This document shows, in pieces, positions 26,720 through 36,239 of a stretch of DNA of 64,000 nt. Each line of letters begins with the position of its first letter. Within the stretch, counting starts at the first letter, position 1. The notes beneath the pieces were generated by a model. That model did no database searches, was not told where the DNA came from, and was given only the letters and a program-made list of their open reading frames with translations. A program made the translations under genes and the position numbers. Origin of the DNA: an uncultured archaeon (GTDB lineage Archaea > Thermoplasmatota > Penumbrarchaeia > JASLWR01); assembly GCA_964423515.1 (NCBI GenBank), contig CAYRFL010000002.1, positions 14,657 to 78,656 on the forward strand. The letters run 5' to 3'.

Positions 26720-28315
26720 ATGGCAGCAAAGGGGGAAAAGGATCAATTCTCGTCACGGTGGGGATTGGTGCTGGCAGCGCTGGGTGCGGCGGTGGGGACG
26801 GGGAACATCTGGAGATTTCCCAAGGAGGTCGCCTCCAACGGCGGCGCCACCTTCATCATCATCTACATACTCTTTCTCTTTTCCTGGTCCATCCCCCTTC
26901 TCATCGCCGAGTTCGCCATAGGAAAGAAGATGCGGATGGGCACTGTTGGGGCCTTCAGGAAGATGCTGGGCAGGAACTACGTCTGGATGGGCGTCTGGAT
27001 GATGATCGTCTCTGCGGCCATCAATTTCTATTACGCAGTGGTAATGGGCTGGACGGTGCATTATTTCTGGAAATCGCTCACGGGGGGATTGTCGGGAGAC
27101 ACGTTTGGCCTATGGCATGATTTCATATCTTCCTGGCATATCGTGGTCCTGTTTCAGGTCATATCCCTGGCGGCGGGATTCATAATAGTGTATTACGGTG
27201 TCGCAAAAGGGATCGAAAAGGCCTCCAAGATCATGATCCCCGCGCTCTTCCTGCTTCTCGTAATTGCCATGGTATGGTCCTGGTTCCAGCCGGGAGCCTG
27301 GGCGGGATTGAGGTTCATGTTCATGCCCGACGGCAGCGCCTTTCTCCGGGGTGAGACGTGGATAAGGGCACTGGCGCAGAGCGCCTGGTCCTGCTCGGCG
27401 GGAATGGGTATGGGTATCACATATGCGGTATACATGTCCAAGAAGGAAGACATTGCCCTCAACAGCTTCCTTACGGGTTTCGGGGACACCGCCATCGCCC
27501 TTGTCGCAGGCATGGCCGTGATATGCACGGTGTTCGCCTCCGCCCAGACCTACGATCAGGCCACCGGTTATATCCAGGAGGGCGGCACAGCCCTGACGTT
27601 CATATATCTGACGGACCTCTTTATGAAAATGCCCCTGGGTCGGCTTATAGCTCCCATATTCTTCCTGGCCATGTCCTTCGCCGCTCTGACGTCCCTCATA
27701 TCGGGACTCGAGATCACCACCAGGAACTTCATGGATTTCGGTTGGTCGAGAAGGAGGTCCATCGGGATAGTCACACTGGGCACGTTCCTCCTTGGACTTC
27801 CATCGGCGGTGATCATTCTTGACATGAACGGAGCTCCGGTGACGGCGTTCCTGGACAACCAGGACCTCGTATGGGGCATCGGCCTCATCGTGAGCGGTTT
27901 CTTCGTGGCCTTCTCCATATGGAAATACGGAACATCGAGATTCCGCCGGGAGCTCGTGAACACGCGGTGGAACGATCTGAGAGTGGGGCGATGGTGGGAC
28001 ATCGTGATCAAATACCTGTTCCCAATTCAGTTCGTCGCCCTCTTCGGTTGGTACTTCTATCAGACCTGGACCGACAGTTCACATGAGTGGTGGCACGAGG
28101 GTTCCTGGGCAGTCATTATTCTACTTCTGGAATGGGCCGTTGCACTGATCATATCCATATTGCTCAACAGGTTCCTGGGCAGAAAATTGGATGAGGCCGA
28201 AAGGAAAAGAGAGATGGATGAGAACGGAGGAATGACGGAGCCCGAGAGTGTGGAAGTGTTGACGGAAGGCTCACCCAGCTATGAGATCATCGACTTCGGC
28301 GAGGGGACGGAATAA
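26720..28315 (+). CDS. Sodium-dependent transporter, NSS/SNF family (probable amino-acid symporter)
   Basis: GAAVGTGNIWRFP, NGG, AALTSLIS; about 12 TM segments. Confidence 0.93.
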   Translation: MAAKGEKDQFSSRWGLVLAALGAAVGTGNIWRFPKEVASNGGATFIIIYILFLFSWSIPLLIAEFAIGKKMRMGTVGAFRKMLGRNYVWMGVWMMIVSAAINFYYAVVMGWTVHYFWKSLTGGLSGDTFGLWHDFISSWHIVVLFQVISLAAGFIIVYYGVAKGIEKASKIMIPALFLLLVIAMVWSWFQPGAWAGLRFMFMPDGSAFLRGETWIRALAQSAWSCSAGMGMGITYAVYMSKKEDIALNSFLTGFGDTAIALVAGMAVICTVFASAQTYDQATGYIQEGGTALTFIYLTDLFMKMPLGRLIAPIFFLAMSFAALTSLISGLEITTRNFMDFGWSRRRSIGIVTLGTFLLGLPSAVIILDMNGAPVTAFLDNQDLVWGIGLIVSGFFVAFSIWKYGTSRFRRELVNTRWNDLRVGRWWDIVIKYLFPIQFVALFGWYFYQTWTDSSHEWWHEGSWAVIILLLEWAVALIISILLNRFLGRKLDEAERKREMDENGGMTEPESVEVLTEGSPSYEIIDFGEGTE

Positions 28316-29121
28316 TGTCGGTCGGAGGCTTCGCGGATGCGGCCTTGGAGAATGGAAATCTCATTCAAACGGAGGAAATAGTTGCTCTCGTCTCAAAGGG
28401 CAAGTGCGTTCTCGTCAAAGCCCTGCCTGGTCTCGGAAAGGTGGACGGACTCGGGGTCTTCGATCCTCGAACCCTTATAGGCAGGGAATACGGATGCGAG
28501 ATGAAGATAGGCCCCCACAAGTTCATCCTCCTTAGACCCGATCTACCCCTTTTTCACATCGCCTTTCGGAGGGGGGCCCAGGTCATCACATTGAAGGATG
28601 CCCAGGACGTCGTGGTGGAGCTCGGCATTCGCTGCGGCAGCAGGGTTCTGGAGATCGGGGTCGGCTCCGGTTTCATGAGCTCGGTCCTTCTGTGGTTCGT
28701 AGGAGAGGAGGGCGAGTTGGTTTCCTACGAGCTGCGACGGGATTTCGCAGATACCGCAAGAAGGAACATAGAGGCGGCGGGGCTTCATGGCAGATGGAAG
28801 CTCTTGGTGAAGAACGGGGAGGAACTAGACGAGGCTGATGATAGTTTCGACTGTGCCGTGGTTGATGTGCCTGAGCCCTGGAAGATGATAGAAAAGCTGG
28901 ATGGGGCGGTACGTCCAGGAGGAAAGATAGCTTTCTTCGTTCCAACCTACAACCAGCTTGAAAGGTCGCTGGATGGATTGGGCAATAGCTCTTTTTCACA
29001 ACCTCGTGCAAGGGAGATATCGGTACGTGAGATCACCACCTCTCGAGGGGCGATCCGACCCGCTTCGAACATGCTGGCACATACCGGTTTCCTGCTGTTC
29101 GCAAGAAAACTGCCCCGATAG
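28315..29121 (+). CDS. trmI: tRNA (adenine-N1)-methyltransferase
   Basis: RGAQVITLKD, VLEIGVGSG, SYELRRDFA, VDVPEPW, RP...HTGFL. Confidence 0.9.
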   Translation: MSVGGFADAALENGNLIQTEEIVALVSKGKCVLVKALPGLGKVDGLGVFDPRTLIGREYGCEMKIGPHKFILLRPDLPLFHIAFRRGAQVITLKDAQDVVVELGIRCGSRVLEIGVGSGFMSSVLLWFVGEEGELVSYELRRDFADTARRNIEAAGLHGRWKLLVKNGEELDEADDSFDCAVVDVPEPWKMIEKLDGAVRPGGKIAFFVPTYNQLERSLDGLGNSSFSQPRAREISVREITTSRGAIRPASNMLAHTGFLLFARKLPR

Positions 29122-29239
29122 AACATCGTGGTCATTCATGGTGATAATTGTACATCAATGGAAGGCCCTTTTCGTATACCGTGTTACTGCAGCGAATAAT
29201 TTAAATTATAGTTGGCTGATACGGCAGCGGGTGCATATC

Positions 29240-30016
29240 ATGAAGATAATCAGTGAGCGTATAAACGGACAGTTCAATGATGTTTCCCGCGCCATCGACC
29301 AGGGGAACAAGGAGATAATCCACGAACTCGCGAAGAAGCATGTTGCCAAGGGAGCGGACGTGCTGGATATCAATACCGGCCCCGGCAGAAAGAATGCGGA
29401 CGAGGTCATGAAATGGCTCGTGGAGACGGTACAGGAGGTCACCGATGTCCAGCTGGCCATCGATTCACCGAAGGTGGACGTGATAGAGGTGGGGCTGCGG
29501 GCCAGCAAGAATCCCCTCATGATCAATTCGACCACCGCAGAGCAGGAGAAGATGGATGCCCTGTTTCCGCTTGCCAAGGAATTCAACGCCGATATCATCT
29601 GTCTCACCCTCGACAAGGAAGGCATTCCCTCCGAACCGGACAAGAGGGCCGAGCTGGCCATGATAATGCTCTCCAATGCCATGATGCACGGCATTGGTAC
29701 GGAGAAGATATACATCGATCCCCTGGCCATTCCGGTGAGTGCTTCCCAGCTGCAATGTGTCAATCTCTTCAAGGCGATGGACATGTTCCAGATGCTCTGC
29801 GACCCCGCACCCAATACCGTCGTGGGCCTCAGCAACGTATCGAACAATACCAAGGAGAGGTCCCTCATCAACCGGACCTATCTCGCCATGCTGATGTCCC
29901 ATGGTCTCACCGCAGCCATCATGGATCCCGAGGACGAGGCCCTGATGAACGTGATGAAGACCTCGGAGATACTTCTCAATCAGAAGCTCTATGCGGATAA
30001 CTACCTGATGGGATGA
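29240..30016 (+). CDS. acsE: Methyltetrahydrofolate:corrinoid methyltransferase (AcsE/MeTr, pterin-binding)
   Basis: MKIISERING, GADVLDIN, LAIDS, MINS, YIDPL, GLSNVS, LINRTYL, GLTAAIMDP. Confidence 0.82.
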   Translation: MKIISERINGQFNDVSRAIDQGNKEIIHELAKKHVAKGADVLDINTGPGRKNADEVMKWLVETVQEVTDVQLAIDSPKVDVIEVGLRASKNPLMINSTTAEQEKMDALFPLAKEFNADIICLTLDKEGIPSEPDKRAELAMIMLSNAMMHGIGTEKIYIDPLAIPVSASQLQCVNLFKAMDMFQMLCDPAPNTVVGLSNVSNNTKERSLINRTYLAMLMSHGLTAAIMDPEDEALMNVMKTSEILLNQKLYADNYLMG

Positions 30017-30315
30017 AGCGGAATAGACACCTTGGATATGGCCCTCACACGATCCGGGGGCCTTCTTCCCATAATACCTGGAAGATGCTCTTGGCAACAG
30101 TTGCATTTACAGTTCGGGAGGGCTGGTTTTCCTTGATTTTCCGTCAGTATCGGTGTCGTAGTCCAATATTAATATTTAAATCAAAAGAAATTTATAATTA
30201 ATAATTATACGAATGAGAAGCCAAACCTGGCCATTCTGAAATCATGGTAATGGCGGAAAATATCAAATCACAAAACTAATATACCGAGCAAATCGATATT
30301 CAGTGGGGATATGTC

Positions 30316-33048
30316 ATGTATAGAAACTCTTCGTTCTGGTTAAACTTTCTGGGATCATTCACCTTTATAACGGTCATCTTGTTGGTCGCTGTATCGTACG
30401 GGGCCAGTGCCACCAGTGCCTCGGCGGACCCGAACCTTACGGGCAACCCAAACGGCGGTGTCGATATGTGGTACATGAGCCCTCAGAGCTACAGGAAGGC
30501 CGGGCTCAACATCGAGAATCCATATCACAATCCGTACATCGTTGTGGGCGTTCAGATGATGTTCAATCTAAGCGAGGCGCCCGGATACAAGGCCAAGGTC
30601 GTGGCGCAGCGAGGCTCGCTGGGAGAGGACCAGGACGCCATGATCGAGCATCAGATAACGGGATTCAGATACGGCAACGAGAAGACCCAGCAGTTCCTAT
30701 TCACGGAGGAAGAATATCTTATCGTGGACACGGATTACAACATACAGATGAGGCCCCTGCGCGCCGATCATCTCACCCTTCAGCATACCGAGGACGACGG
30801 GGCCCACTCGTATTACTGGGACCCCGGCACCGGTGACTGGGCGACCGACGACCCGTCAAAGCCCTCGTCCCCCAACATAGACGGACTGGAGTGGAAGATG
30901 GACGCCCTGGTGGAGCCCGTATCCCCGCTCATCAAGAACATGCCCAAGCCCGAGACCATCGTGGCGCCCGACGCGGTGGATGCCTTCTATGCAGACCTCA
31001 CCCTCGGAAAGACATACGTGTTCTTCCTCGACCATTCTGAGCAGACGAACTTCCAGATGTACGTCTACCGTGATAGGGATGTACTGGGAGTTCCCGGAAA
31101 ACTGACCGAGGATACCCTCGTGGCAAGCACATCCGGTTCCGAGGATGAGAAGCGCCTTACCATCACAGCGTCGTACAATGGAAGGCATTACATCGTGGTC
31201 AGGCCGAAGACGGGGAGCGGAACATATGAACTGGAGTTCCGGGAGAACCGCGCTCCCGAGGCGTATGCCGATGAGGACGTCTATGCGAACCTTCCCCTGG
31301 ATGGCAGCGTCAAGGTCAGCTTCACGAACACCGAATCCTTCGACCCGGACGACGATACCAACGGGAACGACAGGATCGACGAGACCGAGGATAACAATCT
31401 CCTGTATTACTGGGATTTCGACGATAGCGTCGACAGGGACAGGGACGGGGATCCCGCCAACGACAAGGATGCCACCGGCCAGACGGTATTGAGAACATTC
31501 AAGACCGGGGGTACTTTCACCGTTACCCTGACCGTGGAGGACCCGTTCGGAGCCAGCGATTCCGCCGAGTTCACGCTTTACGTCAACTACATACCCGTGG
31601 TCAAGATAACCATCGACGTTGATGGAGAGGCCTTCGTGGACAAGAAGATCACCTTCAACGCCGAGGGCTCATACGACCCGGACGACGATCTGGACGGCAA
31701 CGGTATCATAGACGGCTCCGAGGTGGATCACCTGACCTACAGCTGGGACTTCTATGATAATATAGACAAGAACATGGACGGCAACTTCACCAACGATACC
31801 GATGCCAGCAACAAGATGTGGCTGATGAAGTACCCCAAGGAGGGTGAGTACACCATCACTCTGAACGTCTGGGACAATCCCGAGTCGGCGGACAGGGCAT
31901 ACAACTTCACCCAGGTGGTGGTGGATGTGGTGCCGGAGCCGCCGGAATGGCCCGAGGAAATGATAGATGCAGAGGGGGATATCGTAAGGGACCCAAAGGC
32001 CAAAGAGAACAAGGACCTTACAAACGACGTATTTATCCGCACGAAGAGAGGTGCTGCCAAACCAACAATTGAGGTCAGCGCCTACAGCCAGAACTCCTAC
32101 GATACAGTGAATCTGGTCAGGATATCCACCGAGAACGATGACAACGTCCTAATAATGAAACTCATCACCAAGGGACTGATAATGCAGGAGGCCACGAAAA
32201 CGGAGAGGATATTCTACTCGTTCTACATAGTTGGCAGGGGTTACGCCGAGCCGGCGTTGGATGTCAATGGAAATGCGGAGGACATCACATATTTCTACAA
32301 TCTGACATACTATAACGGCGTCATGACGGCAAGGGACAAAAACGGTGAGGTGGTCGAACTAGATGGACTTACAGGAGAGATAGATGAGGAGGATGGCACT
32401 ACCCTCACTATCACAGTACCGATGCATCAGCTTACCACCCTCATCGAGGAGGTGGATGAAGAGGGCGGGGATGCCGACATCTTCGATATATTAGCGGTGG
32501 CGCTCTATACCTCCAGCAAGACCGAGGCGGCGGAGACCGTGAAGATATATGCCAGGGACTCCATGGGCACCGGGGGACCCGAGGGGACAAAGTCTGCGAC
32601 CTATCCTAAGGATTGGTTCCCGGAGCCGGAGGTACCACCAGACATCATTTCAAACGGAAATGGTGGTGACGATAACATGATGATGATCCTCCTTATCGTC
32701 CTCGGCAGCGTGGTGGTGCTTATCGTGGTCATCTTCGTGATCGTCGCGATCCTCCGGCGAAAGAAGAAAGGAGACGGATACCGCGAGTACACCATAGCAA
32801 AGCCCAGCGCCGCCTCATCCGGCTTCTCGGTGGGCGGTGGAGGAGCTCCCCCCGCGTCCGGGCCCCCGCCATCGGCAGCCCCCCCTTCGGGTGCTCCCGG
32901 ATGGCCGCAACAGGGAGGTTATCCTCCGCAGGGCGGGGGTCAGCCCGCTCTCTGTCCATCCTGCGGCGGCATATGCCAGATGAACCAGATGGGGCAGATG
33001 CAGTGCATGAGATGCGGCAGCATCCTTCCCCAGTACGGCGGTTACTGA
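30316..33048 (+). CDS. Surface protein with PPC/PKD domains, DxDxDG loops, TM, Pro/Gly-rich tail and C-terminal Zn ribbon
   Basis: Signal peptide; YYWDFD/YSWDFY...VTLTVED PKD motifs; TM followed by RRKKK; CPSCGG...CMRCG. Confidence 0.85.
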   Translation: MYRNSSFWLNFLGSFTFITVILLVAVSYGASATSASADPNLTGNPNGGVDMWYMSPQSYRKAGLNIENPYHNPYIVVGVQMMFNLSEAPGYKAKVVAQRGSLGEDQDAMIEHQITGFRYGNEKTQQFLFTEEEYLIVDTDYNIQMRPLRADHLTLQHTEDDGAHSYYWDPGTGDWATDDPSKPSSPNIDGLEWKMDALVEPVSPLIKNMPKPETIVAPDAVDAFYADLTLGKTYVFFLDHSEQTNFQMYVYRDRDVLGVPGKLTEDTLVASTSGSEDEKRLTITASYNGRHYIVVRPKTGSGTYELEFRENRAPEAYADEDVYANLPLDGSVKVSFTNTESFDPDDDTNGNDRIDETEDNNLLYYWDFDDSVDRDRDGDPANDKDATGQTVLRTFKTGGTFTVTLTVEDPFGASDSAEFTLYVNYIPVVKITIDVDGEAFVDKKITFNAEGSYDPDDDLDGNGIIDGSEVDHLTYSWDFYDNIDKNMDGNFTNDTDASNKMWLMKYPKEGEYTITLNVWDNPESADRAYNFTQVVVDVVPEPPEWPEEMIDAEGDIVRDPKAKENKDLTNDVFIRTKRGAAKPTIEVSAYSQNSYDTVNLVRISTENDDNVLIMKLITKGLIMQEATKTERIFYSFYIVGRGYAEPALDVNGNAEDITYFYNLTYYNGVMTARDKNGEVVELDGLTGEIDEEDGTTLTITVPMHQLTTLIEEVDEEGGDADIFDILAVALYTSSKTEAAETVKIYARDSMGTGGPEGTKSATYPKDWFPEPEVPPDIISNGNGGDDNMMMILLIVLGSVVVLIVVIFVIVAILRRKKKGDGYREYTIAKPSAASSGFSVGGGGAPPASGPPPSAAPPSGAPGWPQQGGYPPQGGGQPALCPSCGGICQMNQMGQMQCMRCGSILPQYGGY

Positions 33049-33077
33049 GGGGAAAAAGCAGTTGTTGTGTTTTTTTT

Positions 33078-33300
33078 CGAGGACGAGCGAGCGATAGCAA
33101 ACGCTCGTCCTCGCAGAGTTCTAAAATAATAAAATGATATGGGGTCGGCGTCCGCCGACCACGAGGGGTTGCCATCGTTCTACCTTGTGAAAACTCGTTT
33201 TTTATTGTTGGTGGCGGGCCTGCATGCGCCCTTTACCCCCCGATACCCCACCCTGGCTATCAGGCCCGCTTTACCTGGTCTCAACGGTTATGTCAGATTG
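33078..33300. repeat. Structured intergenic element, copy A (homologous to 38729-39060 in opposite orientation)
   Basis: Stems 33078-33089/33102-33113, 33143-33149/33154-33160 and 33214-33222/33261-33269 align with the reverse complement of copy B. Confidence 0.8.
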
Positions 33301-33308
33301 AGAGTTGC

Positions 33309-34028
33309 TCAGTCTCCCAGCTCGTCGATGGTACGCAGAATTGGCTGAAGGATGGAGTCGAGGCTGGCGGCGATGAGTTCGATGGGCTCCTTTGTGAGCT
33401 GGCTGGCATCCCCGTAGCTGTAGTTGATGAGCATCTCGAAATCGTCCCTGGCTGCGGGGAAATCCCTGTAGAACTGCTCCTGCAGCTCATCGGGTGATTC
33501 GAACTGTTTTCCCAGTACCCGGTAGTACAGCTGCATTCCGAGCTGGCAGTAGAAAGCCAGAGAAGTGAGGAATCCCTCCAGGTCCTCCGGGTCGCCCAGC
33601 GAATGAAGCAGCTGGCTTCGAAGGATCAGAACGTATCTTCTTACCGCCAGTTCCGCCTGTGCTCTGGCGTGCTCGTAGTCCATGTCCGGTAATATCCGAA
33701 GGATGTCGTTTCCACGGACTATCTTGTAGTTCATGGTCACCTCGATAAGCTCGTCCGGTACACTGTCGGACATTCCCTCCAGATCCACGAGCTCCACGAC
33801 CTGAGGTCCTCCGATGCCCTCGTGTTTCCATTTCTGGACAATATCGGCCAAGGCCTGTATAGTATCCGGATCATAGTGGTTGAGAGCTATGAATATGGGT
33901 ACCTTGGTCTTCCCCTCCACGTAATTCCCGACAACGGGGGGGCCGTATACCGCCGTGCATATGTGATTCTTTCCCAAAGCTTCCGCCACTTCATCGGCGA
34001 AGGCTGCAGCTTTGATGATAGGGTCCAT
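33309..34028 (-). CDS. Nucleotidyltransferase-fold protein, probably catalytically degenerate
   Basis: LGKNHICTAVYGPPVVGNYVEGKTKVPIFI resembles the pol-beta-like LYGS..G.Y....SDINLL motif; helical C-terminus. Confidence 0.55.
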   Translation of the reverse strand: MDPIIKAAAFADEVAEALGKNHICTAVYGPPVVGNYVEGKTKVPIFIALNHYDPDTIQALADIVQKWKHEGIGGPQVVELVDLEGMSDSVPDELIEVTMNYKIVRGNDILRILPDMDYEHARAQAELAVRRYVLILRSQLLHSLGDPEDLEGFLTSLAFYCQLGMQLYYRVLGKQFESPDELQEQFYRDFPAARDDFEMLINYSYGDASQLTKEPIELIAASLDSILQPILRTIDELGD

Positions 34029-34244
34029 TTTCTACCACCTATTATCCTCATTATTTAAAAATATAGGCAAGTCTCAATAGCGAATACCCTTAATGGTTAT
34101 AATACTTGCTATTCATCTATCCTTATTATCTCTGTTTTTGCTTTAGCGATGCTCTCGCTTCGCTCCCTCGGTTTCTTGCATCTCTGGAAAATTACGGAAA
34201 ATCGTTATATTTCATTAACCTCATTTCCGATCGCCGTGTGATAT

Positions 34245-36218
34245 ATGTCGGAAAATGAGGAAGTCCCTCCCGTACAGAAGGCTCTCGTTCTAGGAACGAT
34301 AGGTATACTCCTTGCCGGGGCCTTTTTCACGCTGGCATATTACTCCTCCAGGAAACAGATGGCGTCGGATGAGGCTGCAGCCGAGAGGATAAGAAGGGAG
34401 CTTCCGGACAATTTCGTGATGCTCATCGATGAGCCCCGCGACGAATGGGAGCACACATTCGCGGCAACCCTCTCGAGTCTATCCTGCCACAACGGATACA
34501 ATCCCCTCTTCGTCCTGGAGGACGGTGCGCTGGACGGGCATCAGCTGTGGACCCTGCGGAACTCGGCCATGGGCGATTGGCCGGTCCTCCTGTTCTCCAA
34601 CGATTCCTCGGTGATGCACAACGTGTCCCGTCAGGTCGAGAACGTGACCGCATACGATATGGACCCGGACGTGGTCTCGTCCTTTCTGGGATTCGACGGC
34701 CGGATTAGCGTTTCCTCCTACAGGGAGGCACTGTGGGCCTCGTCCGTGTGCTCCAGGGAGAACAAGCTCATGGTCATGGGGGATGCGACCTTCTCCACCC
34801 AGGAGGAATGCTACTGGCGCCTCCTTGGGAGCGGCAGGAATGCGGAATACGTGATATTGACGAACCCGCGGGATTATCGGGACGGCATATACGGCGAATT
34901 CCTGGATCCTTTCAACATCCGGTCGCTATCGCTCATGTCGTCTCAGCTGGCGGCACGTCACGAGGCCTATGTTATCACCGACGTCATCCCATCTGGAGAA
35001 CCGGTAGGCGACCTGTATCCGGAGGATTCCGGGGAAGCCCACTGGAACGACTGGCAGATAGGTGCCCTTGGCAAGATCAAGGAGCTCGATTTCCGTTTCG
35101 GTCCCGTGGAGTATGTCGCACTGGTGGGTTCGGTGGCTGCGGTGCCCCACTTCTTCGTGGCGGACTATTCCGGCGGAGGCAACGTTTCCAGCGACATTAT
35201 CTACGGATTTCTGGACGACGATCCATATTCCATGGACGCAGCCGTGGGCAGGATCATCAATTTCAACGTTCAGGGTGCATCAAATCAGATGGTGCGGACC
35301 CTTGGCTATGACCTGGTGGACGATGAGATAGAGGTGCTGAAGTCGGCCGGAGGTGCGGAAAAGGTCCGATGGCGCCAGCACGGTTCCGTATGGAACGGCT
35401 TCGAGGTGGCGGACCAGCGACTGCAGATGAGTCCCGGCTGGTACATGAAGGACGATCTGGAGGACGAGGGATTCTCCTGGGATTACATGCGGACCACCGG
35501 CAACGAGGGTTACAGGGACGTCATGACGGGAAAGGAGATAGACTTCCAGCCTATCATGGAATCAAGCGGCGTCGTATTCTACAGGGGACATGGCTCTCAT
35601 CACGCCACAATGTACGTCTATGAGCCCGACGAGACATACGACAAGGGCAGGCTGGAAGGCTACGTGGAGGATCCCGACCTCTCATCTTCGGTATATGACG
35701 TCGATTCGGTCCACCATTATCAGCTGCCTCCGCAGATAGGGGCTTTCATCTCCTGCCTGAACGCGAAGGCGCACGGTTACGACAGTGACGGCCCCATCGA
35801 CATGAAGGAGTTCTTCTCTATCAATTACATGTACGGCGGGGCCATCGGACTGTTCGGGGCGACGGAGGTCAGCTATTCCAATCTGGGGCAGGACGTGCTG
35901 CAGTTCCAGGGCCCGGTCACCGGTAACTATCACTGGGACAAGAACAATGCCTGGTACGCCTTTCTCGCAGACGGCCTTCTTGACCACGAGGAGGAGCACG
36001 GAAGCCTTGGAAAGATGCTGCAGTGGGCCGAGAACAGGTACATGAACAATCCGAACAAGGACTATCGCGTCAGCCCCCTGGTGCATGGGGGGGACAGCGT
36101 CGACTGGAGGGAGGTCACCTTCTTCTGTCTTCTTGGAGATCCGGCTTTCCGGATGCCCCAACCCAGGGCCGGCGCCAATGATTTCGATCCCTGGCATAAC
36201 GGCGAGGAAGACAAGTGA
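34245..36218 (+). CDS. C25 (gingipain-like) cysteine peptidase, N-terminally anchored
   Basis: YVALVG, SDIIYG, AVGRI, YRGHGS (His), FISCLN (Cys), GGAIGLFGAT, LLGDPA. Confidence 0.8.
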   Translation: MSENEEVPPVQKALVLGTIGILLAGAFFTLAYYSSRKQMASDEAAAERIRRELPDNFVMLIDEPRDEWEHTFAATLSSLSCHNGYNPLFVLEDGALDGHQLWTLRNSAMGDWPVLLFSNDSSVMHNVSRQVENVTAYDMDPDVVSSFLGFDGRISVSSYREALWASSVCSRENKLMVMGDATFSTQEECYWRLLGSGRNAEYVILTNPRDYRDGIYGEFLDPFNIRSLSLMSSQLAARHEAYVITDVIPSGEPVGDLYPEDSGEAHWNDWQIGALGKIKELDFRFGPVEYVALVGSVAAVPHFFVADYSGGGNVSSDIIYGFLDDDPYSMDAAVGRIINFNVQGASNQMVRTLGYDLVDDEIEVLKSAGGAEKVRWRQHGSVWNGFEVADQRLQMSPGWYMKDDLEDEGFSWDYMRTTGNEGYRDVMTGKEIDFQPIMESSGVVFYRGHGSHHATMYVYEPDETYDKGRLEGYVEDPDLSSSVYDVDSVHHYQLPPQIGAFISCLNAKAHGYDSDGPIDMKEFFSINYMYGGAIGLFGATEVSYSNLGQDVLQFQGPVTGNYHWDKNNAWYAFLADGLLDHEEEHGSLGKMLQWAENRYMNNPNKDYRVSPLVHGGDSVDWREVTFFCLLGDPAFRMPQPRAGANDFDPWHNGEEDK

Positions 36219-36239
36219 TCCTCTTAAAACTGAATAACG

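Noticed and set aside
33270-33300. Integron attC site (GTTATGT)
   Set aside because: No matching RYYYAAC box at a suitable position, no cassette array and no integrase in the window.
34141-34172. Possible third remnant of the structured element (reverse strand CGAGGGAGCGAAGCGAGAGCATCGCT)
   Set aside because: Only about 25 nt of loose similarity and the stem is incomplete; it cannot be distinguished from chance.
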